This document shows positions 40,389 to 49,807 of a DNA stretch of 64,000 bases, in pieces. Location of the stretch: positions 2,230 through 66,229 of the forward strand of contig JAYVZE010000017.1 in NCBI GenBank assembly GCA_043783625.1. The letters are read 5' to 3'. The translations under genes were made by a program, and so were the position numbers. Source of the stretch: Blastocatellia bacterium (GTDB taxonomy: Bacteria > Acidobacteriota > Blastocatellia > RBC074). Positions within the stretch are counted from its first letter, which is position 1. Each line of letters begins with the position of its first letter. Below the pieces are notes generated by a model. The model did no database searches, was not told the origin of the DNA, and saw only the letters and a list, made by a program, of their open reading frames with translations.

Positions 40389-42836
40389 TTAACGAATTTT
40401 GACGGTGAAAGTGACATCGCCTGGAGTGCCTGAACTTAGGTTTCCAGCCGTTGTTCGCCATCGAATATGAGTAATATTTCGATCATAGTTGGAGGGCGCA
40501 CCTCCGGCTCCACTGGACGGGGTATACGTCCAGGTAACACCGCTATCGCTCGAATATTCAATGACGAAAGTCAATCCGGTGCTACCAACGTTGACGGCAG
40601 CGCCAGGGCTAACCTGATAATCGGTTGAGGTGGGGATCGGGTCAACGATTTGTACTTTCTGTGCGGCGACTCCACCGCTATTGGCAAAGGTAATTTTGTA
40701 ACTCAGGTCTGTTCCGGCTATCTGGTTGACAGTTTCGCACGTGGCGGGAGCGGTACAACTTTTGACCAAAGCGATTGCCGGAAGGCTTGAAATAATGACA
40801 TCTTCAGTGGTTGTTCCGGTGGCAGTTCCGTCATAATTTGAACCGCCCACACTGCCGGAGAAACTCCCGGTTTCATAGCTGGTATTGGTGGTGTAAGCCG
40901 TTCCTCCATTGGCTATACTGGTAGTTGCATTCGTGAACGGCTTCAGCACGCGGGCGGCAGTGGAACGGGTCGGATCAGCATAGGCAACGGTGGCCGGATT
41001 CTGATAAGTTCCATCGGCTGTCCCTGATGCAATATTGACCGTGAAGGTAATACTGACGGTTCCTCCGGCTGGAATATCAAGTGAATCCCAATGCAATGAT
41101 GTAGCAGCGGCAGCGGGTTTTGTGGTTAGTCCTGCGAGCGTGGCTGCCGTGGTAGTGCCAGCCAGATAAACGCCAGTACTCGCGGTAAAAGTTCCTGCCG
41201 AAGCAAAGGTGAAACCTGAAGGTAAACGCAAATCTGAAATACGAACAGCCTTCGCTGTGCCTGCTGTTGCGGCATTCGCCACTTGAATCGTGTAAGTCGC
41301 GGTTCCACCGGAAGGGAAGGGACCAGGCGTAGAAGTTGATTTTGTGACGGTCAGGGAAGGTAAGCAGCCTGCGCCTGAGGCTGTGCCCGTCGTTGTGACG
41401 GAAGCAGTTGTGACTCCATTTGTGCCATCAGCAGCTCCGTAGCTTTTGGGAGTCGTACTTCGATCCAGACCCGCAACGCCTTTAGTAACATTGGTCGAAA
41501 CTCCACCGTTAGCCGCGATAAATCCGCCGCCGCCGCCGCCGCCAGGGCCGTGTTCGAAATATCCTGAGCGACCACCGTTGCCCCCTTTAGCATTTGCGCT
41601 CAGACCACTTGTACCATTCGCTGACGAGATAGTGATGCTGCCGCCTGCGCCGCCGCCGCCGCCAGAATCAGTTTGACCTGAGGCAGGTAAGTCTAACGCA
41701 GCATTACCATTTGCATTAATCGTTCCACTTCCAGTGATTGCTCCGGCTCGGATTAATACAAGACCTCCGCCGTTTCCTCCACCCATGAGATACTCGTTGC
41801 CTGATGCACCTGCCGTACTGTTATTGCCATCACCAGCACCGCCGCCGCCGCCCATCACGATTTGTGAGCTTGAAGCCAGGAATGCTGAGCCTCCAAAACC
41901 GCCCTGAGCGAATCCATTGGGAGGGTTATTGGCAGCGATATTATTATGCCAGTTATTTCCGCCTATCCCGCCCGTGCCGCCATTAGCGCCGCCGCCGCCG
42001 CCGGCATTCAACCCATTATCTACGTTTGGCGCATAATCATTGGAGCCGCCACCAGCATTACCTGGCGCACCACGTCCGATGCTGCCTCCAGTATAATTAT
42101 CCGCGCCTGTCGCAGCCGTAGTGCCACCGTTAACACTTAACGGTGTTCCTGCGATTCCTTCGCCCTTCATTCCGCTGAAAGTGCGAGACGAAAGATATAA
42201 ATAATCTCCAGTTGCAGAGGTGATGCTTGTATCGCCTGTTTTTTGCAGCCCTGCACCACCACGAAACCCTTGTCCTGAAACGTCAATTGTACCAGAGAAG
42301 GTTAAAGTTCCAGTTGTGTCCAAAGCGACTACGCCGCCAGTCGTGCCATTCCAGACAGCGGCGGTGACAGTCCCGCTCACCGTGGCAGAGGAGTATTGCG
42401 GTACGCGAATGATTTGATAGGTTTGTCGGCTGGAAACGCTTTGCGTGTAGGTGTAGGTGAGAGAAGCCGCCAGCGTTAAGATCGAACCGGAGACCGTTTT
42501 GACGGTCGCATATTCATACCTGCCTGCGGCTGCATCTACGCCACTCCCATAAGAAGCAGAGTTTGAGAAGCTGACTCCGTTACCGCTTTGCATCTGCATC
42601 AGGATAATCAAATCGCCAACGGCAATGGCAGGTTTTGCCGCATCACGAATCGTCCCAAGTGTGACACTCGTACCTGAGGCCGTACTGGTTCCGGCATAGT
42701 AAGTATTGACGACACTCGTCAGGGTCGTGTTGATTCCATCTTTGCCGGGAGATGCACAAACCTGTGCGATGATCGGCATTGCCAGTAAAAATAAGAACAT
42801 TCCCACTGCGGCGAGAGCCTTGAATTTATTCCACAT
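40389..42836 (-). CDS. Secreted DUF11-repeat protein D (about 815 aa) with an approximately 200-aa Gly-rich beta-helix-like tract and the same C-terminal module as E.
   Basis: Signal 'MWNKFKALAAVGMFLFLLAMPIIAQ'. Gly-rich 'GGGGGANGGTGGIGG ... GGGGGAGGSITISSANG ... GPGGGGGGGF'. DUF11 units 'LTVTKSTSTPGPFPSGGTATYTIQVANA'. C-terminus '...WTYTPSSGAGGAPSNYDRNITHIRWRTTAGNLSSGTPGDVTFTVKIR'. Confidence 0.65.
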   Translation of the reverse strand: MWNKFKALAAVGMFLFLLAMPIIAQVCASPGKDGINTTLTSVVNTYYAGTSTASGTSVTLGTIRDAAKPAIAVGDLIILMQMQSGNGVSFSNSASYGSGVDAAAGRYEYATVKTVSGSILTLAASLTYTYTQSVSSRQTYQIIRVPQYSSATVSGTVTAAVWNGTTGGVVALDTTGTLTFSGTIDVSGQGFRGGAGLQKTGDTSITSATGDYLYLSSRTFSGMKGEGIAGTPLSVNGGTTAATGADNYTGGSIGRGAPGNAGGGSNDYAPNVDNGLNAGGGGGANGGTGGIGGNNWHNNIAANNPPNGFAQGGFGGSAFLASSSQIVMGGGGGAGDGNNSTAGASGNEYLMGGGNGGGLVLIRAGAITGSGTINANGNAALDLPASGQTDSGGGGGAGGSITISSANGTSGLSANAKGGNGGRSGYFEHGPGGGGGGGFIAANGGVSTNVTKGVAGLDRSTTPKSYGAADGTNGVTTASVTTTGTASGAGCLPSLTVTKSTSTPGPFPSGGTATYTIQVANAATAGTAKAVRISDLRLPSGFTFASAGTFTASTGVYLAGTTTAATLAGLTTKPAAAATSLHWDSLDIPAGGTVSITFTVNIASGTADGTYQNPATVAYADPTRSTAARVLKPFTNATTSIANGGTAYTTNTSYETGSFSGSVGGSNYDGTATGTTTEDVIISSLPAIALVKSCTAPATCETVNQIAGTDLSYKITFANSGGVAAQKVQIVDPIPTSTDYQVSPGAAVNVGSTGLTFVIEYSSDSGVTWTYTPSSGAGGAPSNYDRNITHIRWRTTAGNLSSGTPGDVTFTVKIR

Positions 42837-42863
42837 GTATTTGACCTGTCTGAATCCCGACAC

Positions 42864-43175
42864 GAACGCGAAGAAGGGAAGTCGTCGGACTCAGGATTAA
42901 TTTTGCAGCCGTTGTGAGACTTCAGTTGAACGCTGGAAGTCACGCCGCAAAGAACGCTAATGATAAAACTATCGAAGGATGTGAAGCTGGAGAAGCGACA
43001 TCAAATTCGATTTGGGATGGCAGCGAGTGAACAGAAAGAACGGATTATAAGAACGCGGAAACGCTGCCATGAACGCAAAAAAATAGAGACTCGAAGTGAA
43101 CGCTTTGATGATCGAGTAAAACTCTGATGTGACAGAAAGAACGAGATGGGGGAACTGTGAGAAAGAACGAAATTG
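42864..43175. promoter_or_regulatory. Upstream region of gene D with ten reiterated GAACG(C) motifs, including three copies of (C/G)AGAAAGAACG(A/G).
   Basis: GAACG on the plus strand at 42864, 42928, 42952, 43038, 43051, 43071, 43098, 43139, 43165 (plus AAACGC at 43059). About 0.3 expected by chance in 300 nt. Confidence 0.4.
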
Positions 43176-43210
43176 ACTTGTTAAGGAACCTGTCAAAAAT
43201 AAGATTAAAC

Positions 43211-43243
43211 GAATCCCCCTCCTGTTTCAGGAGGGGGATTCGT
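43211..43243. terminator. Hairpin terminator 4 nt downstream of the giant gene C (GAATCCCCCTCCTG tttc AGGAGGGGGATTC).
   Basis: 13-14 bp GC-rich stem. Confidence 0.65.
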
Positions 43244-43247
43244 AACT

Positions 43248-46200
43248 TTACTTGTTTTCAGGAGCCGGTGTTGCCGGAGCTGGCGTCGCTGCCGGAGTGG
43301 TCGCTGAAGGTGATTGAATAGGTTCGTTACCGACCAGTCCTTCACGCGAAGTTCCGAACAAATTGAACATATTCGAGAGCTTCGAGGACACCACGAAATA
43401 GAAACCCTTACGAGTATTTAATCCGCGTGAATCAAAGCCGCCGAAGTAGCCGGCATTTTCAGTCATGCGGGTAAAGTTGTAACCACCCGCGAGGCGTAAG
43501 TCAGATAAAGCCCAGAAGCCTACTTCAGCACCTGCTGAGAAGCGTCGTGATGAAACTCCACTCAACCACAGGGAGCGAACTTCACCCGCGACATCAAAGA
43601 ATTTAGCCAGGCGTAATTCAGCTCGTCCTTGTAATAACATTGTCATCGTCGAAGCGAGCGGTAAATTGGCGCTGCCATTTGAGCCAAATTTCAGTGCATA
43701 ACGCCCATACAACTCTAAACGTCGTAATGGTTGATAAAGTCCGTCCGCTGCCAGAATGTCATCACGATCACGAGTTGACGCAAAACTGGAGACAGCGCTT
43801 TGATTGATGGAACGATGCGTGTAGCTAAACAACATGGCGGCGCGGTCTGATTCCAGCGGTCTCCAGGAGGCGGCGAGCTGCCCGTTCATCATTTCGTTAT
43901 TCTGATTTTGGAAAGCAGTACGCGAATACTGGAAGCGACCGAGAGTTGTAAAACTCGCTGATAATTTTCCGGCGGCGCCGACTGTGAAAATGTTGCCAAA
44001 ACCATTGAGGTCACGCAATTCATAACGTGCGGCCGAATGGAAGCTATCGGTCGGATTATAACTGGCTCCAAACATTGCGTTATTGAAGCTCTGTCCGTTA
44101 CCTTTCAAATGCATTCCGCGTTCGTATCCGGCATCCAGTGAAAACGTCTTACTTAATGGAAAGCGGTTCATTAATCCAACGACAGCGAAACTGTCAGTTC
44201 CATTGATGCCGTTGTTGATTTGGTAGCGTCCGCTCATGGTCGTGTATTTGCTCAGCGGAGATTCGACTCCGATAGCGGTTTCACGCCGTGAAGCAGTTTC
44301 AGCAAATCCGGTTGAGCTTAAATCACTGATGGCGCTGATGGCTTGTGAAGCTAATCGTTGCGTAAAGAAAATCTTTGCCAGTGAACTCACCTGATAGCTG
44401 GCTGCGATAGTCGTTTGATCTGGATACGAAGGGTCGGCAGTACCAACGTTTTGCTCGCGCTTGACAGAAATTTGTAATTTGCCGGTCGGGCGATATTCTG
44501 CGCCTGCGGTCACTAAGTTAGAGGTGACACTGCGCCCGGCGAAAGAATTCGCAGTGGCTGGCGTGGTCGTTCCCGCTGTGCCATTCGTATCTGCATTCGT
44601 ATTTGCCTGATTCGCCAGCACGCTGCCGGATGAATCGGTAAAGGTGCGATAATCATAACCAAGACTCACACGAAGTTTGTCGCCGAAAGATTTAATCAAG
44701 CCGACAGAACCAGTTTGGCGAGTGTTATTAAACGTCGCAGTTTTGTTTCGTTCATCAGTGAAACCCAAACGCATTTGCATTGAAGGACGTGGTTTGAAAT
44801 CCAGTGCGACGGTTCCGCGTTGCGATCCAGGTGACACCGTTGAACCAAAAGGATTAAAAAACGATTGATCTGATTTTCCGAAGCTGGCTTGTAACTGAGC
44901 TTCGGCAAAATTCAACGGTTGACGATATTCCGCACGGAAGGCGTTGCCGTTATGTTCACCGTTACCACTGTTCAGGCTTCCGGCTAATCCGTCATAACCG
45001 AAGTAGCTGCCTGTTGAAGCAACACGACCGTTGCTCATCCCCCATTCAAATTGGAACGTTCCGCTCTTCCCGATTTTCTTCTCAACGTCTACGCCGCCGA
45101 GATAGAACGAGCCATAATTTTCCTGACGTTGGTCAATGAATGAAGTTCCAACGCGTAACCCCATCCGGCTGAAATTCTTCGAGCCGCGTGCGGTGTAGAC
45201 TGCCGAATTCATTGCGACTGAGCGGTATTCATAGGTCGTGACAACCTGCACCAGATTCAGCGCATAATCAAAAGCTGACAGCGGACGCATAAAGTAGATC
45301 GAACCAAGATAAGGGTCAATATTGTAATCCACTGAACGGACCAGGACTTCACGTTGCAGAATAATGTCAGGGTTACGACGATCACGGACTTCGCGCATGA
45401 CTGTCTCAGTTCCTTGCAAAACATCAGTATGGGAAAGTCGAATCAATCCGAAGCTACTGCCCGGGAAGACATCACGAGCAAAAGCGGTGTCAGGTCGTGC
45501 GCCAGTCACAGTGATGGAACTGCCGCCTTCACTTTCGAGATGGATTTTAACCCCGGTGAGGCGACGACTGTAACCCGTCAGTTGCGGCCCTTGAGCGGCG
45601 AAAACCGGGACGGAATTAAAGTTATTAATGATTGAATTACCGATTCCTGAACTGGCTAAATTCTCAGCCAAATTGGTCAGCGGAGTTGGTGTGAAGCCAT
45701 TATTGATATACTCCTGTTGATTCGCATTGAAATCACCGAACATCGCGTAAGAGCGGCCTTTATCAATCCGGGCATATAGTTTGGAATTTGATTGCGCATC
45801 TTCAAAGCGAGTTGAAGAATCTCCGAAAATTGGATAGACCCGATCAAGCGGATCAAGGAAGAAAGAGCGATCACGTCCGGCGGTGCGGGTCAACGCACGG
45901 TAGCTGTTATAGGCCAACGTCAGTTGTGCCTGTTTGATGAGCGGGGTGCGATAGAAAAATTCGACGTGATGGTTGTAATTTTTGTCGCCACCGCGTAGCG
46001 CTACTTCAGGTGCCGCTTTACCGAAAGAAGCTTCGGCTAATCCGACGAGAATTTGCGGACGCATTTCAGGCGTGAAGCGAATGTCACGCTGGACTTTTAA
46101 CTCACCGGAGAAGGCGCGGATTTCTGCATTTCCGGGCTGACCTTCACCGACGAGTTCGACCAATGCTTCACCGTTTTCGAGCGAAATAATTTGTTGGCGG

Positions 46201-49200
46201 TTCGTGGCATTGACCTGCTCCGAAGAGAAACCATTGATCGGCTCGCTCCCTGCGCCAAGTAACGGGGAGCGAAGTTTTTCGACTTCTTCGTGGCTCAGTC
46301 CACGAAGTTTTGCGAGAGCTGTAAGGCAATCATTTTCTTCCTGCTTTGTTGCGAAGCTGCCGCGCTCGCAACGTTGACCGGAAAGTGCTGGAGGAGCTTC
46401 GACCGGATTGCCAGCCGCATCTTTGGCAGGTTCTTTGATTGCGACGGGAGAAGTATTAGAGTCAGTCAATCGCAGCAGGCGTCCCGCTGAGACTTGAATG
46501 CCAACTTGTCCACTGGCGGCTGGATTGCCCCATTGGTCAAAGCCTTTGACACGGACAATGGTTGAATCGCGCCCGCCGGATTGGACTTCTTTTTTATCCG
46601 TGACGATTTCCAGACGTGTGACCGGACCGCGTCCCATCACCGATAAATTCTGTGATTGAGCCGGAACTCCGTTTTGATCAACGGCAGTCACTTTAATTTC
46701 ATTTGGTCCCGGTTTCAGAACGATACCGACATACACAAAGGTGGCGATTTTATTTTTCTTGTCTACTTCTTTGACGCCGATGTTCGTTTCAGGAATACGC
46801 TCTCCGTTAACTTCCAGCGCGACCACGTAGTCCATGTGAACCCGCGCTTCGACGCGCAGCGCATTTTCCATAATGACTTCTTTGGCTTCCGGCGAAAGAA
46901 CTTTGATTTCTCCGGCAGCCACAGGTTCGATGTTGTCAGTGGAAATATCCGTATAGGTTCCAGGTGTGCGATAGCCTCCCTTACCGACATTCATCGCGGC
47001 TAATCCGGCGCGGGTTTTCGGGCCGCGGGCGCGACTCAGGACTCCATCCAAAGCACCACCGGAAGCAATGTCATTTTTTGAGCTGGCATTTTTTCGAGCC
47101 TTGCTCTGACGTGATCCGGCTTTACCTTTGACTTTATTTTCATCCGACTTTTCAGCTTCGGCTGCTTCCGCTGTCGGTTTGGCCGGAGCACCTGCCACAG
47201 GTTTGGCAGGTGCCGCAGGAGCACCCGCAATACCTGGTGCGCCGGGCGCACCCGGAGCACCCGCTGCAACGCCAGCAAAGACTCCGGTTTCAACGCCGCC
47301 TTCAATGTCGGTCACAGCTTCCGTGATGGGGTTGCGCGTTTTTTCCAGCACAAAGTTTTGACGATTCAATCCGCCGCCGCCAAGTGGAGTGCGAACCAGA
47401 CGAGTCCAACTGCGATGTGCTTTAAGCTTGCTATCCAGCAAACCATAGCCGCGCGGGACGGTGAATGGATCAAGGGTCAGCGAGGTTGCACCTTCTTCAA
47501 TGGAAGGGAAGTTATACATTCCCTTGGAATCAGTGATAACTGAAGTACCATTGTTAAGATACACGCGAACACCCGCGACAGGGCGATCACATTTTTCGAA
47601 TAATCCGTTCCCGTTCGTGTCTTCAAAGACGCGCCCGATGATGATCTGACGCATTGAGAACTGCCCCATTCCAACTAAGACGGGAGCTTTTACGGCTGGT
47701 GTCGTGATGGGATCACCGTTAGGATAAACTCCTGTCGCTACCACCGAATTGACTTGTTCCCCTTGTTTGGCATTAGCACCGACGCGCAAGCGATAGGTGA
47801 CGGTGACTCTGCCGCCGCCCGCTAAATCTCCAATATTAAAAACCATCTGATTGTTGGACACAGTCGGCTCGATAGCAAAGGCAGGTGTGCCATCAACTTG
47901 TACCCGCGCTGTACCGGGGACATAGCTAAAAGAGAGCGGTAAAGTGTCTCTCAATTGAACGGCAGTGAATTTCTGCGCCGTAGAATTTTGTGCTTCGAGA
48001 CGATACGAAATCATTTCGCCAATTTCTGCTCGCTGCTTATCAGCGACTTTCGTCAACTGCAAGGTAGTTGTCTCAAACATTGGGATATTCAAAACCACTG
48101 CGGCAATATCGAAGAGGGAAACATTTGTATTTGAAAGTTTGAAGCTGCCAGCCTGTGAAATCGGCTGTCCGTCGGCTGAAATTACATCAACGGTGTAAAG
48201 ATCAGGATTGGTTGGGCTGGGCTGAATTTTTATTTCAACCAGACGCGAACGATAGCCTTGTGCTGCGACATTGACGAAATACGTGACAGGCGCACCGGGG
48301 GCACCGACCTGATTGGCTCCCAGGGTAAAACTGAAGTGACCCTGAGCATCAGTCGTGAACGGATTACTATTCGTCGGGTTCGGATCAAATCCACCTGTCG
48401 GAACAGGTAATAAATTCAGTCCATCTTTGTCTGTGGTCAAAGTGACTTTCGCATTGGGGATCGGTACCGAGCCATTGCTGTATCCGGCATAAACTGTTCC
48501 CACCGGATTAATCACGACTTTGGTTTTTGAGGTTTTTATGGCAGTTCCGATGTTATCGCCAGAGACTTGCGCCGTATTAATAATCCCCACTCCGGGAATA
48601 ACGTTGTCATTCAGCTTCGCCTGAAAAGTGACAGAAACAATTTGATCTGGATCAACTTTCGCTAATTTGATCTCAAGGCGACGACCATTAATAATCTGGC
48701 CTTCGTCAGTATCGCTGATATCGGTCAGTGAAGTTGTTCCCAGTTTCAGTGTTCCCGACACATAATCAATTTGAGCCGGAAGATCATCAGACAATAAAAT
48801 ATTAATCGCTGGAACCTGACCACGATTTCGGAAACTGATGGAATAGGTCACGACACTACCCGCCGTAGAAGTAAATTGATCCTTGTTTTCGACTAATTTA
48901 ATTGGCGGTAAAGAAGGATTAGCGGGGTCCGTAATTCTCGCTGGCTCTCCGGTTTTGCTGATGATGGTTCCGTCGTCTTTTTGTGGGCCATTGTTGCTGG
49001 GCGCGTTTGTTTTGACAGTAATCCCAATCGTGACAGGATCATCTTTAGCGACGTTGCCTGTGTCAATGACGGCGAGAATTCCAATACATTCACCGGGAGG
49101 AATTGTCGGGCTGGCAGTTTGATTCAACGTGATGGCAAGATCCGCTGGAGTTACTGTCCCGCTGCCGTCAATGTCCCAATACATCGCAACCAATGAAGAA

Positions 49201-49556
49201 GGCGTAGAAACTGTACTACGGGTGAGGGTAAAGGTATCAGGCGTATTTCCGATGTTGCAGGCGCGGAACACACGTGTCACGGTCTCATTTGCTAAAACTA
49301 CCCCGGAAGATTGTGGATCATCTGGAGTGACAACGATTCCAGTAATCGCCACAACTGTAATTGAGACGATGGGAGAAGAAATCACAAAGTCTTTGCCGCT
49401 TGGATCTTGATAGCTTGCGCGGGCCTGGTTTTTGATGACGACTCCGGCGGAGATGCCACCTGTGACGGGAGTTGCTTCCTTTTGTGCGATGGCTGAAGTC
49501 GCACCGGCTGCAATTAAGACCGCAAAGATGAGGTAGGTGTTAATAAGTCTAAGCAT
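43248..49556 (-). CDS. Giant outer-membrane/surface protein C (about 2,100 aa). Domain order: signal, DUF11 and Cna-B/carboxypeptidase-regulatory-like repeats, Pro/Ala-rich linker, Ig-like (Big) domains, C-terminal beta-barrel-like region of about 900 aa, Thr/Pro/Ala tail.
   Basis: Signal 'MLRLINTYLIFAVLIAAGATSAIAQ' from ATG at 49556 (TTG 49595 is an alternative). 'VIKNQARASYQDPSGKDF' DUF11 end-motif. 'GVRVYLNNGTSVITDSKGMYNF' Cna-B-like. Linker 'AGAPGAPGAPGIAGAPAAPAKP' near 47.1-47.3 kb. The last approximately 900 aa (nt about 43350-46060) show alternating hydrophobic strands that often end in aromatic residues ('LRLGFTDER', 'VSLGYDYRTF', 'LDAGYERGMHL', 'LYGRYALKF', 'AELRLAKFF', 'AEVGFWAL', 'LAGGYNFTRM', 'GFYFVVSSKLSNMFNLF'). 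Confidence 0.75.
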   Translation of the reverse strand: MLRLINTYLIFAVLIAAGATSAIAQKEATPVTGGISAGVVIKNQARASYQDPSGKDFVISSPIVSITVVAITGIVVTPDDPQSSGVVLANETVTRVFRACNIGNTPDTFTLTRSTVSTPSSLVAMYWDIDGSGTVTPADLAITLNQTASPTIPPGECIGILAVIDTGNVAKDDPVTIGITVKTNAPSNNGPQKDDGTIISKTGEPARITDPANPSLPPIKLVENKDQFTSTAGSVVTYSISFRNRGQVPAINILLSDDLPAQIDYVSGTLKLGTTSLTDISDTDEGQIINGRRLEIKLAKVDPDQIVSVTFQAKLNDNVIPGVGIINTAQVSGDNIGTAIKTSKTKVVINPVGTVYAGYSNGSVPIPNAKVTLTTDKDGLNLLPVPTGGFDPNPTNSNPFTTDAQGHFSFTLGANQVGAPGAPVTYFVNVAAQGYRSRLVEIKIQPSPTNPDLYTVDVISADGQPISQAGSFKLSNTNVSLFDIAAVVLNIPMFETTTLQLTKVADKQRAEIGEMISYRLEAQNSTAQKFTAVQLRDTLPLSFSYVPGTARVQVDGTPAFAIEPTVSNNQMVFNIGDLAGGGRVTVTYRLRVGANAKQGEQVNSVVATGVYPNGDPITTPAVKAPVLVGMGQFSMRQIIIGRVFEDTNGNGLFEKCDRPVAGVRVYLNNGTSVITDSKGMYNFPSIEEGATSLTLDPFTVPRGYGLLDSKLKAHRSWTRLVRTPLGGGGLNRQNFVLEKTRNPITEAVTDIEGGVETGVFAGVAAGAPGAPGAPGIAGAPAAPAKPVAGAPAKPTAEAAEAEKSDENKVKGKAGSRQSKARKNASSKNDIASGGALDGVLSRARGPKTRAGLAAMNVGKGGYRTPGTYTDISTDNIEPVAAGEIKVLSPEAKEVIMENALRVEARVHMDYVVALEVNGERIPETNIGVKEVDKKNKIATFVYVGIVLKPGPNEIKVTAVDQNGVPAQSQNLSVMGRGPVTRLEIVTDKKEVQSGGRDSTIVRVKGFDQWGNPAASGQVGIQVSAGRLLRLTDSNTSPVAIKEPAKDAAGNPVEAPPALSGQRCERGSFATKQEENDCLTALAKLRGLSHEEVEKLRSPLLGAGSEPINGFSSEQVNATNRQQIISLENGEALVELVGEGQPGNAEIRAFSGELKVQRDIRFTPEMRPQILVGLAEASFGKAAPEVALRGGDKNYNHHVEFFYRTPLIKQAQLTLAYNSYRALTRTAGRDRSFFLDPLDRVYPIFGDSSTRFEDAQSNSKLYARIDKGRSYAMFGDFNANQQEYINNGFTPTPLTNLAENLASSGIGNSIINNFNSVPVFAAQGPQLTGYSRRLTGVKIHLESEGGSSITVTGARPDTAFARDVFPGSSFGLIRLSHTDVLQGTETVMREVRDRRNPDIILQREVLVRSVDYNIDPYLGSIYFMRPLSAFDYALNLVQVVTTYEYRSVAMNSAVYTARGSKNFSRMGLRVGTSFIDQRQENYGSFYLGGVDVEKKIGKSGTFQFEWGMSNGRVASTGSYFGYDGLAGSLNSGNGEHNGNAFRAEYRQPLNFAEAQLQASFGKSDQSFFNPFGSTVSPGSQRGTVALDFKPRPSMQMRLGFTDERNKTATFNNTRQTGSVGLIKSFGDKLRVSLGYDYRTFTDSSGSVLANQANTNADTNGTAGTTTPATANSFAGRSVTSNLVTAGAEYRPTGKLQISVKREQNVGTADPSYPDQTTIAASYQVSSLAKIFFTQRLASQAISAISDLSSTGFAETASRRETAIGVESPLSKYTTMSGRYQINNGINGTDSFAVVGLMNRFPLSKTFSLDAGYERGMHLKGNGQSFNNAMFGASYNPTDSFHSAARYELRDLNGFGNIFTVGAAGKLSASFTTLGRFQYSRTAFQNQNNEMMNGQLAASWRPLESDRAAMLFSYTHRSINQSAVSSFASTRDRDDILAADGLYQPLRRLELYGRYALKFGSNGSANLPLASTMTMLLQGRAELRLAKFFDVAGEVRSLWLSGVSSRRFSAGAEVGFWALSDLRLAGGYNFTRMTENAGYFGGFDSRGLNTRKGFYFVVSSKLSNMFNLFGTSREGLVGNEPIQSPSATTPAATPAPATPAPENK

Positions 49557-49754
49557 AAAATGTGCCGAACCCTTCTTCTCTAGTTTGTAAATCAATCGTA
49601 AGTCAGTAGTTTCAAATCAATGAATTCGGGAACCGGAATTCTGGGTTGCTGAAATAAACGCTTCAGTGTGACGCTTCGGGTGGCAATCGGGTGGCTGAGA
49701 TAGATTGCGGAAGCGTACGTGTTTAAGCGAAAGTTTCAAGCTTTGGTTATTAAG

Positions 49755-49792
49755 AGAAAGCAGGTTGGCTCAGGCGAGCCAACCTGCTTTCT
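49755..49792. terminator. Hairpin terminator downstream of gene B (AGAAAGCAGGTTGGCT caggcg AGCCAACCTGCTTTCT).
   Basis: 16-bp stem, located 15 nt after the stop of 49808-51352. Confidence 0.6.
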
Positions 49793-49807
49793 GAGCAATG
49801 ATCAAAA

